DNA of 64,000 nt from an uncultured Candidatus Saccharibacteria bacterium (GCA_964356915.1 CAYHJF010000001.1:77743-141742); one strand, 5' to 3'; shown: positions 38,956 through 48,918, counted from the stretch's first letter. Numbers and translations are program-made. The notes: generated by a model not told the origin, from the letters alone.

Positions 38956-39402
38956 TTAGAGTAAACTTGATTGTTTCGGATTATCAAGCGCTTCGTTGAC
39001 CATGCGATCGGCAACTTTATTTTGTTCACGCGGAACGTGTTTGAAGATAACGCTCGCGAAATCCATCTTGAGATTCCCTACATCGATAAAAAACTTAAAA
39101 AGCTTTTCGCTCTCCATTTTATATTCACCAGAAAGCTGCTTTACCGCGAGCTGAGAATCCATCCTCATCTCGACATGCATCATGGCACATGCACCTTTGC
39201 CATAGAGTTGTTTGAGTTTCTTAAGCGCGTACACGATCGCGGCATATTCCGCTTCGTTGTTTGTCCGAACACCAAGTGCTTCACCATACGTCTTGACGAC
39301 CACTCCTTTTTCGTCACAAATCGCAACGCCAAGCGCGGCAGGCCCCGGGTTCCCTCGAGAACCCCCATCAGTATAGGTGACTACTTTTTGACTCTTTTCC
39401 AT
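38956..39402 (-). CDS. rnhA: Ribonuclease HI
   Basis: YTDGGSRGNPG, TNNEAEY, DSQL and HVPREQN..AD motifs. Confidence 0.93.
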   Translation of the reverse strand: MEKSQKVVTYTDGGSRGNPGPAALGVAICDEKGVVVKTYGEALGVRTNNEAEYAAIVYALKKLKQLYGKGACAMMHVEMRMDSQLAVKQLSGEYKMESEKLFKFFIDVGNLKMDFASVIFKHVPREQNKVADRMVNEALDNPKQSSLL

Positions 39403-40235
39403 GGAAATTTTTTATCAGCTGAAAACGCAAACGCTGCCGCGCGCTTATGACCTCCTCCTCCATATTTTTCAGCAATCTTCGATACATCCACCTTTCCATT
39501 TGAACGTAAACTAACAATGATCTTACCACTTCGCTCAGACCACATAATGGCCATGGGTGGCACCCTCTCGATAAGTGCGGCTCCGATTTCGGAGACTAAA
39601 TGAGGAAAATTTGAAGCGAGTACTCGATGCCCCTGAAATGTGACTACCTCTGCAATACCAACGGCCTTTCTGATGATTGTCTCCTGATAACGAAAAATCG
39701 CTGCTCCCTCATCGATAATTTTTCTGCAAGTTTTTGCATTCTCAAGATCGCGCGCAAATTTATTCCATATTGTAAAATCAAAGTCACGCACAGAAAGTGC
39801 CGAGGAAATCTCTCGCGTATGCGACAGCTTCCATTTCCAAATATCAACATCCTCTACGTGTTGCAACAATTTTGGAACTTTCTTTTTTGGAAAAAAATAA
39901 TTCCATGCGATCACCGCACCTGAATGATTGAGTTGATAGCGATGTTCGTGCGCCATCTTGGTCTCCTTTTCAGCGCTAATATGATGATCAAGCGCTACAA
40001 CGAGCTTCGCTTCTTCAACAATCTTTTTCATGATCGGTGGAGGAAAGCTAAAATCAAGAATAAAAACAAACGCGTCTTTAATAATTGACGGTGGTACTGC
40101 ATTGTCTCGTGCCATAGCAATATAAGTCGCCTTTGCACCAAACTTTTTATACGCCGCCCATGCTGCACCAAATCCATCGGGGCAACCCTTGTGATATAAA
40201 ATAACTATATTATTTTTCTTTTCTTTCTTTTTCAT
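39381..40235 (-). CDS. DHH/DHHA1 phosphoesterase (oligoribonuclease-like)
   Basis: YH..CPDG, LDF, DHH, SLRS and GGGH..AA motifs. Confidence 0.9.
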   Translation of the reverse strand: MKKKEKKNNIVILYHKGCPDGFGAAWAAYKKFGAKATYIAMARDNAVPPSIIKDAFVFILDFSFPPPIMKKIVEEAKLVVALDHHISAEKETKMAHEHRYQLNHSGAVIAWNYFFPKKKVPKLLQHVEDVDIWKWKLSHTREISSALSVRDFDFTIWNKFARDLENAKTCRKIIDEGAAIFRYQETIIRKAVGIAEVVTFQGHRVLASNFPHLVSEIGAALIERVPPMAIMWSERSGKIIVSLRSNGKVDVSKIAEKYGGGGHKRAAAFAFSADKKFPWKRVKK

Positions 40236-41026
40236 GATAGATACTTCGCATTTCTCAACCAGTAATTATTTTCCCACTCCCACAATGTCTTTGCGGCATT
40301 GAATGCCTTAATATCATAGTAAAAATAGGGGAACTCGCGAAGTTCTATATCTCCAATAACAGGACCCCACGTATGCTCATTTTCTTTGCAATAATTTTCT
40401 GGCTTACCCGTACCGCTCCGAATCTTAACTCGTCCGCCTTTATCACGCCGCTTCGCAATACACTCTGTGCACTGTTGGTACTGATCGATGCGCAAAATCC
40501 AGCGCGTCTCAATGGGGCGTGGAAGTCCTAGCGCATCACGTACGCGTGGTTCTGTAAGCGCTTGCACATATGCTGCGGTCTGAAGATTGTATTCAGGATA
40601 AAACCCGATCGAAGTCTTGATATCAAGCACGCCAAATTTTCCATCAATTTCAGCAAGTGCGTCTACCGTACCCGCATACCGATGAATACCTGACCATACC
40701 TGCTTTTCAATATATTCAGGATGGAAATGAATGCCTCGCATCTCGTAATACTCACGAAATGCCTCTGCCGCTGGCCTCACCTCTTCGGGCACCTCTACAT
40801 CATTACCAACTGCGAGAGACTGCACTACTTCATGCACGAGTGAACCATGTTCTGCAGATTTATTTTTTACTGCTTCAGCCGCCTCAAAACTCCCCATTTC
40901 GATAAAGAAACCTTGGAGTCCTGGTTTTGATTTTACTTCAAGAATACGCGTTACTCGTGGATACCACACTCCATCGATAATATATCCGTTTTGATCTTGA
41001 AAGTCTTTCGCGTCAGCGTAGCGCAT
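40232..41026 (-). CDS. PD-(D/E)XK exonuclease-like protein
   Basis: PRVT.IL, G..VH, E, YAGTVD, LDIKTS and QTAAY motifs. Confidence 0.8.
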   Translation of the reverse strand: MRYADAKDFQDQNGYIIDGVWYPRVTRILEVKSKPGLQGFFIEMGSFEAAEAVKNKSAEHGSLVHEVVQSLAVGNDVEVPEEVRPAAEAFREYYEMRGIHFHPEYIEKQVWSGIHRYAGTVDALAEIDGKFGVLDIKTSIGFYPEYNLQTAAYVQALTEPRVRDALGLPRPIETRWILRIDQYQQCTECIAKRRDKGGRVKIRSGTGKPENYCKENEHTWGPVIGDIELREFPYFYYDIKAFNAAKTLWEWENNYWLRNAKYLS

Positions 41027-41665
41027 TTATTTTGTAAACTTGAATGTCTCTAAAATCTCTTCGAGTTTGGGTAAGTGTTCATAATTTGAACTCGAGTATT
41101 GTATTTTTAATCCTTTCTCGGGGATAGATATGATGCGATACGTCCCTGCTTCGTCTCCTTGCTCTTGTCTAGTTGCCCTAGAACCATGAAAGGTAAATAT
41201 TTTTGGCTCAGAAGGGGGGCCACCGTAACCACAACTTTCACAATGAGGTCCTGACATTTCCTGATTAATACGGAGTAACTCTTCCCTTATAAATTCTTCC
41301 ACCGTACTTTTTTTAATCTTCCCAATATAAACTAAATCATTATCTTTATTGATTGCAGCGATTTCATAACCATCACGAAAAGAAAATGCTACTGGATACC
41401 TAAACTCAAACCCATACTCCTCATTTCGATACGTTTTCCAATTCGATGTATCTATACCACTTTCGATCGTTGAACTTGCCATCTTTGGCTTTACGGGTAC
41501 ATTTACTTGCTGAATATCAGACTCTATTTGATGGAGTTCTTCTTCAAGTAAGAACTGCTGAGCTACATACCAAACACTTCCTACAATGATAAATAACACG
41601 AGACCGCCCCAGAGTAGGAGACGGTGAGGATGAATTTCGGGCTGGGATTCAAGTGAGCCGAGCAT
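41027..41665 (-). CDS. Membrane-anchored PsbP-related hypothetical protein
   Basis: N-terminal TM, 'WKTYRNEEYGFEFRYP' and 'ILETFKF' motifs. Confidence 0.7.
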   Translation of the reverse strand: MLGSLESQPEIHPHRLLLWGGLVLFIIVGSVWYVAQQFLLEEELHQIESDIQQVNVPVKPKMASSTIESGIDTSNWKTYRNEEYGFEFRYPVAFSFRDGYEIAAINKDNDLVYIGKIKKSTVEEFIREELLRINQEMSGPHCESCGYGGPPSEPKIFTFHGSRATRQEQGDEAGTYRIISIPEKGLKIQYSSSNYEHLPKLEEILETFKFTK

Positions 41666-41689
41666 TGCTCTAGTGTAGCATGCTCTGTG

Positions 41690-42826
41690 CTATTTTTTGA
41701 GTACTTCTATCCCTGGGAGTGAGCCGTCTGCAAGAAAATCAAGCATCGCCCCTCCTCCAGTTGAAACATGATAAAACTTTTTATGTAATTTCATATGATC
41801 AAGAACTGAGAGCGTATCGCCACCTCCCAAAATTACTTTTGTCTTTAATCTAGAGAGCCCCTTGAGCAAGTCTTCCGTACTTTTTGAATACCCTTTTTCT
41901 AGATACCCAAGTGGCCCATTCCAAACAATCAGACGTGTCAATCGAGCAAGATCGATGAGCCCTTTTACAGTCTCGGGACCAATATCATAAATACTCTCTT
42001 TCGGTCGAATCTTTGTGATATCTTTTCCCTTTGCACCCTTATTAACCCGAGCGTCAAGCGGAAAAAATATTTTCTTTGAAGTAAAAAAATCTTCTTTAAT
42101 TTTTGATACCGCTTCTTCATCGTGAACCGACTTACCGATTTCTAATCCATGAGCTCTTAGAAATGTATTCGCAAGCGCTCCTCCGATAAAAATCGCATCT
42201 GCTTTCGGCATAAATACTTTCATGAGCGCAAATTTTGTCTCGAATTTTACTCCGCCGACAATCAGTAAAAATGGATGCGCGGGGCTAAGTGCCTCTGACA
42301 AACGCCTAACTTCGCGCTCACAAAGAGGCCCCATATAACTTGGAAGGTATTTTGTAATACCAACAATAGATGCATGCTCACGATGAGAAACGCTAAAGGC
42401 TTCGTTTACGTAAAAATCACCGAAAGAAGCGAGAGTCCTAGCAAATACCGGATTATTATCAGTCTCTCCTTTAGCAAAACGAATATTTTCGAGTAAAACA
42501 ATTTTTGCACCAGAACTCAATCCTACATCAACCGCACTCTTTGAATATTCTTTTACAAAAGAAATCTTTGAGTGAATTAATCGTTCGAGCTGTCCCACGA
42601 TCGGCCCAAATGAAAGCTGCTTTTTTGTTACGCTATCTTCAATATGCGCCAACAGTATAATGCGCGCGCCACGTTTTAAAAGCATAGATAACGTTGGCAA
42701 TGTCTCATGAATCCGAAAACTATCCTGCAACTTACCCCCTTTTATTGGTTCGTTAAAATCAACGCGAACAACAGCGGTTTTACCTTTGAGATTTTTTGGT
42801 ATTACTAAGAAAGATTTTTTGCGCAT
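41690..42826 (-). CDS. pgk: Phosphoglycerate kinase
   Basis: VRVDFN, LLENIRF, SHREHAS, WNGPLG, GGGDT and STGGGA motifs. Confidence 0.96.
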   Translation of the reverse strand: MRKKSFLVIPKNLKGKTAVVRVDFNEPIKGGKLQDSFRIHETLPTLSMLLKRGARIILLAHIEDSVTKKQLSFGPIVGQLERLIHSKISFVKEYSKSAVDVGLSSGAKIVLLENIRFAKGETDNNPVFARTLASFGDFYVNEAFSVSHREHASIVGITKYLPSYMGPLCEREVRRLSEALSPAHPFLLIVGGVKFETKFALMKVFMPKADAIFIGGALANTFLRAHGLEIGKSVHDEEAVSKIKEDFFTSKKIFFPLDARVNKGAKGKDITKIRPKESIYDIGPETVKGLIDLARLTRLIVWNGPLGYLEKGYSKSTEDLLKGLSRLKTKVILGGGDTLSVLDHMKLHKKFYHVSTGGGAMLDFLADGSLPGIEVLKK

Positions 42827-43563
42827 GCGATGATATCAAAAAAGTATTTTACTTCGCGCGACTGACGCCCAACTAAAAGACCTGCAATCTCACGCTCCTC
42901 AAGAAATTGACGTGCGTTTTTACCATCCACCGATCCTCCGTAGAGCACGCGCACTTTACGCGCAGTTTTTATGTCGTACCGATCAGCGATAATCTTTTTA
43001 ATAAAAAGTGCCATTTCATTAGCATCTTTGGGTTGGGCTGGTTTTTTCGCACCAATCGCCCAGACAGGCTCATAAGCAATGGTTACCAAACCCACTTGAT
43101 CTCGTTTAACTTTATCGAGAGCCCTCTCAACCTGCTCACGCACTACATTGAAAAATAAACCGTCATGATCACGATGTTTTTCTCCCACGCAGACAATCGG
43201 ATGCAACTTTAATGCAATTGTCGCACGAAGCTTCTTGTTTACTGTTTCATTTGTCTCACCAAAATATTCTCGTCGCTCTGAATGACCAAGAATGACATGA
43301 GAAACTCCGAAACTCTTAAGCATCCCTCCCGAGACCGCACCTGTAAATGCTCCTTCTCCTTCAAAATACATATCCTGCGCACCAAGAAATGCTTTCTTGA
43401 AAGCTCGAAACGTGCTCAGAAATGGAAATGGTGGCGCTATAACAACTTCCGTATTTTTTGGTAACGTATTTTTTTTAAATGAACCCACGAAAGACTCTAC
43501 TTCTCGCAGCGTACGAGGGTACATCTTCCAATTACCAACAATGAGAATTTTCTTAACTGCCAT
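42805..43563 (-). CDS. tpiA: Triosephosphate isomerase
   Basis: GNWKM, GHSERR, AYEPVWAIG and LYGGSV motifs. Confidence 0.96.
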   Translation of the reverse strand: MAVKKILIVGNWKMYPRTLREVESFVGSFKKNTLPKNTEVVIAPPFPFLSTFRAFKKAFLGAQDMYFEGEGAFTGAVSGGMLKSFGVSHVILGHSERREYFGETNETVNKKLRATIALKLHPIVCVGEKHRDHDGLFFNVVREQVERALDKVKRDQVGLVTIAYEPVWAIGAKKPAQPKDANEMALFIKKIIADRYDIKTARKVRVLYGGSVDGKNARQFLEEREIAGLLVGRQSREVKYFFDIIACAKNLS

Positions 43564-43566
43564 AGG

Positions 43567-44592
43567 TTACATCTTTCTTAAATATGCCGCGGCTTCTTCG
43601 GGAGCAATCGCGACTACCTCGACCCCTGTACCAAGCTCGACGCCCGCAAAATGCGAAGTTTTTGGATAAATTTCCAAATGCCAGTGATAAAAATCATAGT
43701 CACCATTTTTGCTAATTGGAGCGGTATGAACAAAAAAATTGTATGCCGGTTTTTTTAGTGCTTTCTTTAATTTCTTAAGTGCGGTGGTCAAAGCATCGGC
43801 CAAAGAAAGGCGTTCGGCTGGGGTAATATTTTCAAAACGTGCGTCGTGGCGTAATGGAGTGATTCGTATCTCAAATGCGAGTCGAGATGCGTACGGAGCG
43901 ATAACCAAAAAATCTTTGTTTTTATATATAACTCTGTCTTTTTGTTGGAGCTCCCATTTATTCATCTCACAGTGGACGCATTTTTTATGCTCATGATGAT
44001 AGAGCTTCGCTCCTGAAATGGATCGTTGAACGTTGGGCGGTACAATCGGTAACGCAATAATTTGTGAGTGAGGATGCCATACTGACGCTCCCGCACGTGA
44101 ACCATGATTATGAAAAATAAAAATATATTCGAGACATGCTTCGTTACGATGATATAAAACACGATCTTGATATGCCTGAATCACGCGCTCTGCTTCACGC
44201 GCCGTCATATCCCACAAAAATTTTGAATGCGCGCGTGGAATAACAATCTCATGAAATCCTACGCCTGCCATGTGTTTATAAAGGCCGTATGGAAATGGAG
44301 ATGGACATGTCCGCCCGACATGCTTCATGACAGCTGGAAATTTATTGGGGATTACCTGAAGCATCCAATCTTTTTTCGAGATAGCGCGATCTTCTTTGCC
44401 ACGTTTTGAGTACCATGTGAGTGGATCTACTTGATTGCTCACTTGCGGATCTTCAAAAGGGCAGTTTTTGAGCGCGGTTGGCTTATCATCAACAGATTTT
44501 GCGAATTGCTGAGGACGACGTCTACGGCCAGGTGCAATAAGTACCCATTCATTACTAACAACATTTTGACGTAATTCCGGTTGATCGCTCAT
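43567..44592 (-). CDS. galT: Galactose-1-phosphate uridylyltransferase family protein
   Basis: CPF, NKFPA, GASVWHPHSQ and HWHLEI motifs. ATGA overlap with the upstream gene. Confidence 0.9.
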   Translation of the reverse strand: MSDQPELRQNVVSNEWVLIAPGRRRRPQQFAKSVDDKPTALKNCPFEDPQVSNQVDPLTWYSKRGKEDRAISKKDWMLQVIPNKFPAVMKHVGRTCPSPFPYGLYKHMAGVGFHEIVIPRAHSKFLWDMTAREAERVIQAYQDRVLYHRNEACLEYIFIFHNHGSRAGASVWHPHSQIIALPIVPPNVQRSISGAKLYHHEHKKCVHCEMNKWELQQKDRVIYKNKDFLVIAPYASRLAFEIRITPLRHDARFENITPAERLSLADALTTALKKLKKALKKPAYNFFVHTAPISKNGDYDFYHWHLEIYPKTSHFAGVELGTGVEVVAIAPEEAAAYLRKM

Positions 44593-45335
44593 GATTGGCG
44601 TGAACGCGTATACACTCCCGTGATAAGCCACCACCGCACCTTCACCGTCTCCCACAACACTTGGATGTATCCTGAAAGTTTCACATGGCTCGCCGCATCA
44701 TTCACCCAATAGGCAGGTATAATACCGAGCCGAAAGCGAAAGTGTCGCGCGAGTGCAAGCATCTCAATATCAAAACCCCAACGATTAATACGGGATACCT
44801 TAAATATCCTTTGAGCTACTGCCGCAGTACACGCCTTAAATCCACATTGAGTATCCCAAATACCTCGTACCGCAACGATCTGAATAAACAGATTGCCCAT
44901 ATTACCCAAAAATCTCTTATGCCATACTTGCGGGATTGCCTGCTTAGCACCCTTTGCATCTTTTTCATCGCGAGAGCATATGACAACATCGTACCCTGCA
45001 TCAAAAAGTACGGACATTTTATCGTAGTGGCTAATATCAGTTGAGTTGTCAGCATCAGTAAAAAGACGTATATCTCCCGTCGCCTTCAGCATACCTTCAC
45101 GGACTGTATAGCCCTTGCCACGATTTTCTTTGCGATCAATAAAATAAAAACCCGTTTTACCCTTTAACCACTCATTTACCACATTTGAGGTACCATCTTT
45201 TGACCCATCGCTCACCAATAATACTTCCCACGTGAAATGCTGTTTTTGTAAATATGCCGAAACGGCTTCGAGTGTTTTTTTAATTCGCTTTTCTTCGTTG
45301 TAACACGGAATGATAACGGAAAGTTTCGGATTCAT
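44589..45335 (-). CDS. GT2 polyprenyl-phosphate glycosyltransferase
   Basis: SVIIPCYNE, DGSKD, NRGKG, DAD, DTQCGFK and FDIE motifs. Start at MNPKLS. Confidence 0.9.
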   Translation of the reverse strand: MNPKLSVIIPCYNEEKRIKKTLEAVSAYLQKQHFTWEVLLVSDGSKDGTSNVVNEWLKGKTGFYFIDRKENRGKGYTVREGMLKATGDIRLFTDADNSTDISHYDKMSVLFDAGYDVVICSRDEKDAKGAKQAIPQVWHKRFLGNMGNLFIQIVAVRGIWDTQCGFKACTAAVAQRIFKVSRINRWGFDIEMLALARHFRFRLGIIPAYWVNDAASHVKLSGYIQVLWETVKVRWWLITGVYTRSRQS

Positions 45336-45339
45336 ATCG

Positions 45340-45744
45340 TTATCGTAGCATATTCTTTTTACGATCCAAAAAACTCTGAAGGACGATGGCTGCGGCGGAA
45401 GCATCGATCTTATTTGAGCCTCCGCTGCGCCATGCTTCTTTTGAAGATAACAGCTCTGGCTCATACTCAAATTCAATACCTGCACCCTTAAGTTGCTCTC
45501 CGAACTCACGCACATGCTTTGTCATATCTGTCTCTTGCCCGCCAAAACCAAGCGGTAGCCCAAGAACCACAAGCTCAACTGATTCTCGCGCGCAAATAGC
45601 CGTAATCATCTCAAGAGTATCTTCATCTTGTGCTATTACTGAATTCGGAAACGCGAGCGTCTTTCCTTCATCAGAGAGGGCAAGCCCAACTCGTTTCGTA
45701 CCAAAATCAATTCCTAATAGTCGAGATTTATTCTTAAAGTCCAT
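45340..45744 (-). CDS. ruvX: YqgF/RuvX family nuclease
   Basis: LGIDFGTKRVGLALSD and DASAAAIVLQSFLD motifs. Confidence 0.92.
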   Translation of the reverse strand: MDFKNKSRLLGIDFGTKRVGLALSDEGKTLAFPNSVIAQDEDTLEMITAICARESVELVVLGLPLGFGGQETDMTKHVREFGEQLKGAGIEFEYEPELLSSKEAWRSGGSNKIDASAAAIVLQSFLDRKKNMLR

Positions 45745-45748
45745 CCCC

Positions 45749-46504
45749 TTACGTCATTATCTGAGGCCCTTGAGCTGTAAGTAAGATAGTATGTTCAAAA
45801 TGAGCCGCTGATTTACCATCTGCCGTAAGCCACACCCAGCCAGTTTTATCTGTTTTTAATTTTCGAGACCCGAGTACTACCATAGGCTCAAGTGCGAGCA
45901 CCATACCCTCCACAAGACGCCCACCCACTCCTCGCGTACCCCAGTTTGGCACTTCGGGATCTTCATGTACCGCATCTCCTACGCCATGGCCAACAAGCTC
46001 ACGAACCACCGCATATCCCTTACCCTCAACAAAAGATTGTATAGCCGCACCAATATCTCCTATACACCCACCCACACGCGCTTCTTGAATACCAATATCG
46101 AGGGCTTGGCGCGTTACTTTAATCAGGTCAGCACTTTCCTCTGAGACACTCCCAACAGGCACTGTAATCGCCGTATCAGTAAAAATACCTTGATACTGCA
46201 TGCCGATATCAAGTCCTACGATATCACCTTCCTCGAGTACTCGTTCCCCTGGAATACCGTGTACGATCTCGTCATTCACAGAAACGCACAATGATGCTGG
46301 ATATGCCATGGCCGTACCGCGCGTGCGATACTTTTTAAACGATGGCACCCCTCCCAACTCTCGAATAAGTCTCTCTGCAACTTGATCAAGTTCAATTGTC
46401 TTAAGCCCTGGACGCACCATGTCCGCGACTCGATAAAGAATATCATGGAGTTTTTTACCCCCTTCACGTAACGAAGTCTCCTGATCTGCATGTGAGATAA
46501 TCAT
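45749..46504 (-). CDS. map: Methionine aminopeptidase type I
   Basis: SVNDEIVHGIP, GHGVG..HEDP, ALEPM and AHFEHT motifs. Confidence 0.96.
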   Translation of the reverse strand: MIISHADQETSLREGGKKLHDILYRVADMVRPGLKTIELDQVAERLIRELGGVPSFKKYRTRGTAMAYPASLCVSVNDEIVHGIPGERVLEEGDIVGLDIGMQYQGIFTDTAITVPVGSVSEESADLIKVTRQALDIGIQEARVGGCIGDIGAAIQSFVEGKGYAVVRELVGHGVGDAVHEDPEVPNWGTRGVGGRLVEGMVLALEPMVVLGSRKLKTDKTGWVWLTADGKSAAHFEHTILLTAQGPQIMT

Positions 46505-47187
46505 TCGAGTACTTTTTTTAACGTACTATCAATATCTGTAGCAATAACTTCTGGAGAACGCTCACCACTCACTTCAAAAATAGGAAGCCCGAGTGCAACA
46601 AAAAATGCGAGAATACTTTCAGCTGAATGCTTGTAAACATAAAGACGCTCTTCCATCGCCTTTTCATTATCAAGTGTTCTCACTTTTAATTCGCCGCCGC
46701 AAATCGTGCAGTACGCAAGTGCCTTTGTTTCTTCCGACCATGGAAATGGTGTTCCACAACTTTTGCATACCCTTCGATGTGTATTACGAAATATAGACGT
46801 CTCGTCAGACACGGCCAAGTGCACTACATATACGTGACCTTGCCCATACATCTGAAGTAAGATTGGCATCATAAACTCTGCTTCCTCACGAGTACGTGGC
46901 GAACCTGAAAAAATAATTCCCTTGCCTGTTGCGGCAATTCGCTCAATACCATCTTTTACAACGCTCTTGACCCACTCTGACGAACAAAGTTCTCCTGCCT
47001 CAAATTTGAGACGCTCAATTTGGATGACTGGATCTTCCTTATTTTTATCGGCATAAAGAACCTCCTCAAGAACGCGTCCTGTATTGAAGTGCCAGAAACC
47101 ATCGAAGCGTTTAACAACTTCGTTGGCCTGTGTACCCTTACCCGATCCAGGAGGGCCAATAAAAATAATCGCGGAGGATTGTGTCAT
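46501..47187 (-). CDS. adk: Adenylate kinase
   Basis: GPPGSGKGTQ and a Zn-type LID (C..C...C..C). Follows secY. Confidence 0.88.
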   Translation of the reverse strand: MTQSSAIIFIGPPGSGKGTQANEVVKRFDGFWHFNTGRVLEEVLYADKNKEDPVIQIERLKFEAGELCSSEWVKSVVKDGIERIAATGKGIIFSGSPRTREEAEFMMPILLQMYGQGHVYVVHLAVSDETSIFRNTHRRVCKSCGTPFPWSEETKALAYCTICGGELKVRTLDNEKAMEERLYVYKHSAESILAFFVALGLPIFEVSGERSPEVIATDIDSTLKKVLE

Positions 47188-47220
47188 ATCGTCATGGTAG
47201 TATAGGGACACTAAAACTCA

Positions 47221-47248
47221 AAGCCCTCGCTTCATGCGAGGGCTTTTT
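47221..47248 (-). terminator. Terminator after secY
   Basis: AAGCCCTCGC-TTCAT-GCGAGGGCTT. Confidence 0.7.
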
Positions 47249-47251
47249 AGT

Positions 47252-48529
47252 CTAATCGTATTCGCGGAGCGTCATCTGCGCCCGTATCTGTTTCACCGTC
47301 TCAATAATTACCGAAACAACGATGAGAAGTGCAGTACCCCCAATTGAGAGTGTCCCACCACCAACTATATTTTGAATGATAAGTGGAAGAATCGCGATCG
47401 CCCCAAGAAAGAATGCTCCGAAAAAAGTAATACGCGTAATAAGTTTTGAAAGATATTCTGACGTAGACGGTCCTGGACGAATCCCCGGAATAAACCCTCC
47501 CTGCTTCTGCAGGTTTGATGAAATCGCCTCGGGATCAAACGTCACTGCCGTATAAAAATATGTAAAGAGAAATACAAAACTAAAATAGAGTGACCCGTAA
47601 AGCCATTGATGATTAATAAATCCTGCGAGCGCACTGCCAATCCGCGCGATCGTTGCATTTGCGGAATTCGCCATGAAACTACCGATCATTGTTGGCATAA
47701 GAAGAATTGAGATAGCAAAGATGATTGGGATTACTCCTGCCTGATTAACTCGAAGAGGGAGATAGGTAGAAACACCTCCGTACATTTTCATACCACGCAC
47801 GCGGCGTGCGTAAGAAATCGGAATCGGTCGCTCAGCTTCCGTAATAATTACGACTCCCGCAATCACAATAGGAGCAATCACTAAGAATGCGAGCGTACTT
47901 TGAAGAACGGCTGGATCAAATCCGGCGCCTGGGCGTAATTGCTGCCAAAGCTGGATAGCAGAGCGTGGAATACCTGAGATAATACCTGCAAAAATAATGA
48001 GAGAAACTCCATTTCCAATACCATACTCTGAAATCAACTCTCCCATCCACATAAGAAATACTGACCCTGCGGCAGTAATAACAAGAGTTTGAAAAAGTTC
48101 AAATCCTCCAAGCTGAGGAATAATGCCCTGTTGGGTGAGTAGTGCCAAAATTCCATATCCCTGCATAAATGCGAGGGGGACAGTAAGCCACCGTGAATAT
48201 TGATTAAACTTACGTCGCCCTGCTTCTCCTGACTCTTGATAGATTTCTTTGAGAGACGGAAAGATCATCGTCAAAAGCTGCATAATGATAGAGGCTGTAA
48301 TGAATGGTCCAACACCAAGCATCACAATTGAAACATTTTCCAGCGCACCTCCTGAAAAAATATTGAGCAACCCAAAAATATTATCACCCAAAAAACGCCC
48401 AAGAGTACTTGGGTCAACTGCCGGAATCGGGATTGCAGCAAAGAGACGGAAAAGAGCGAGAAATCCTAACGACCAGATAATTTTTGCTCGAATGTCCTTA
48501 TCCTTAAAAACAGCGAGAAATGCGTTCAT
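47252..48529 (-). CDS. secY: Preprotein translocase SecY
   Basis: GVGPFITASIIMQL, GIGNGVSLII, AGVIPIIFA and IPGIRPG motifs. Confidence 0.98.
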   Translation of the reverse strand: MNAFLAVFKDKDIRAKIIWSLGFLALFRLFAAIPIPAVDPSTLGRFLGDNIFGLLNIFSGGALENVSIVMLGVGPFITASIIMQLLTMIFPSLKEIYQESGEAGRRKFNQYSRWLTVPLAFMQGYGILALLTQQGIIPQLGGFELFQTLVITAAGSVFLMWMGELISEYGIGNGVSLIIFAGIISGIPRSAIQLWQQLRPGAGFDPAVLQSTLAFLVIAPIVIAGVVIITEAERPIPISYARRVRGMKMYGGVSTYLPLRVNQAGVIPIIFAISILLMPTMIGSFMANSANATIARIGSALAGFINHQWLYGSLYFSFVFLFTYFYTAVTFDPEAISSNLQKQGGFIPGIRPGPSTSEYLSKLITRITFFGAFFLGAIAILPLIIQNIVGGGTLSIGGTALLIVVSVIIETVKQIRAQMTLREYD

Positions 48530-48918
48530 GATTTAACGAGCTCACAATCTTTGACGTTGAAACTTTTCAAAAGATCGCCCGGAGCTAAAATCTTTACACG
48601 TGGGGTCTTACCCGCAATACGATGAATAACTCCTCGCGCGACAAGTAACTTAGGAGTGATCGTTTCACCGGCTTTAAATTTGCGCACAATAATAGATGCT
48701 TTCACAGCTACGATTGTTTTTGGAGCAAATGTTTGATTATATCCCTTTTTCTTTGGGATTTTCTTAATCAAGTCGCGCATCTCAGGATAAATGCGTCGTC
48801 CTGCTCGCGCCTTCTGACCCTTGGTACCGCGCCCTGAAAACGTACCACGTTTACCACCACGGCCTCGGCGGATCTTGGTCTTTCTTGCACTATTTGATTT
48901 AAGAGTGTGGAGTTGCAT
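48526..48918 (-). CDS. rplO: 50S ribosomal protein L15
   Basis: GRGGKRGTFSGRGTKGQKAR. Confidence 0.94.
   Translation of the reverse strand: MQLHTLKSNSARKTKIRRGRGGKRGTFSGRGTKGQKARAGRRIYPEMRDLIKKIPKKKGYNQTFAPKTIVAVKASIIVRKFKAGETITPKLLVARGVIHRIAGKTPRVKILAPGDLLKSFNVKDCELVKS

Noticed and set aside
40232-41026. cas4 as part of a CRISPR-Cas locus
   Set aside because: No other cas genes or array, and the Cas4 four-Cys Fe-S arrangement is not evident.
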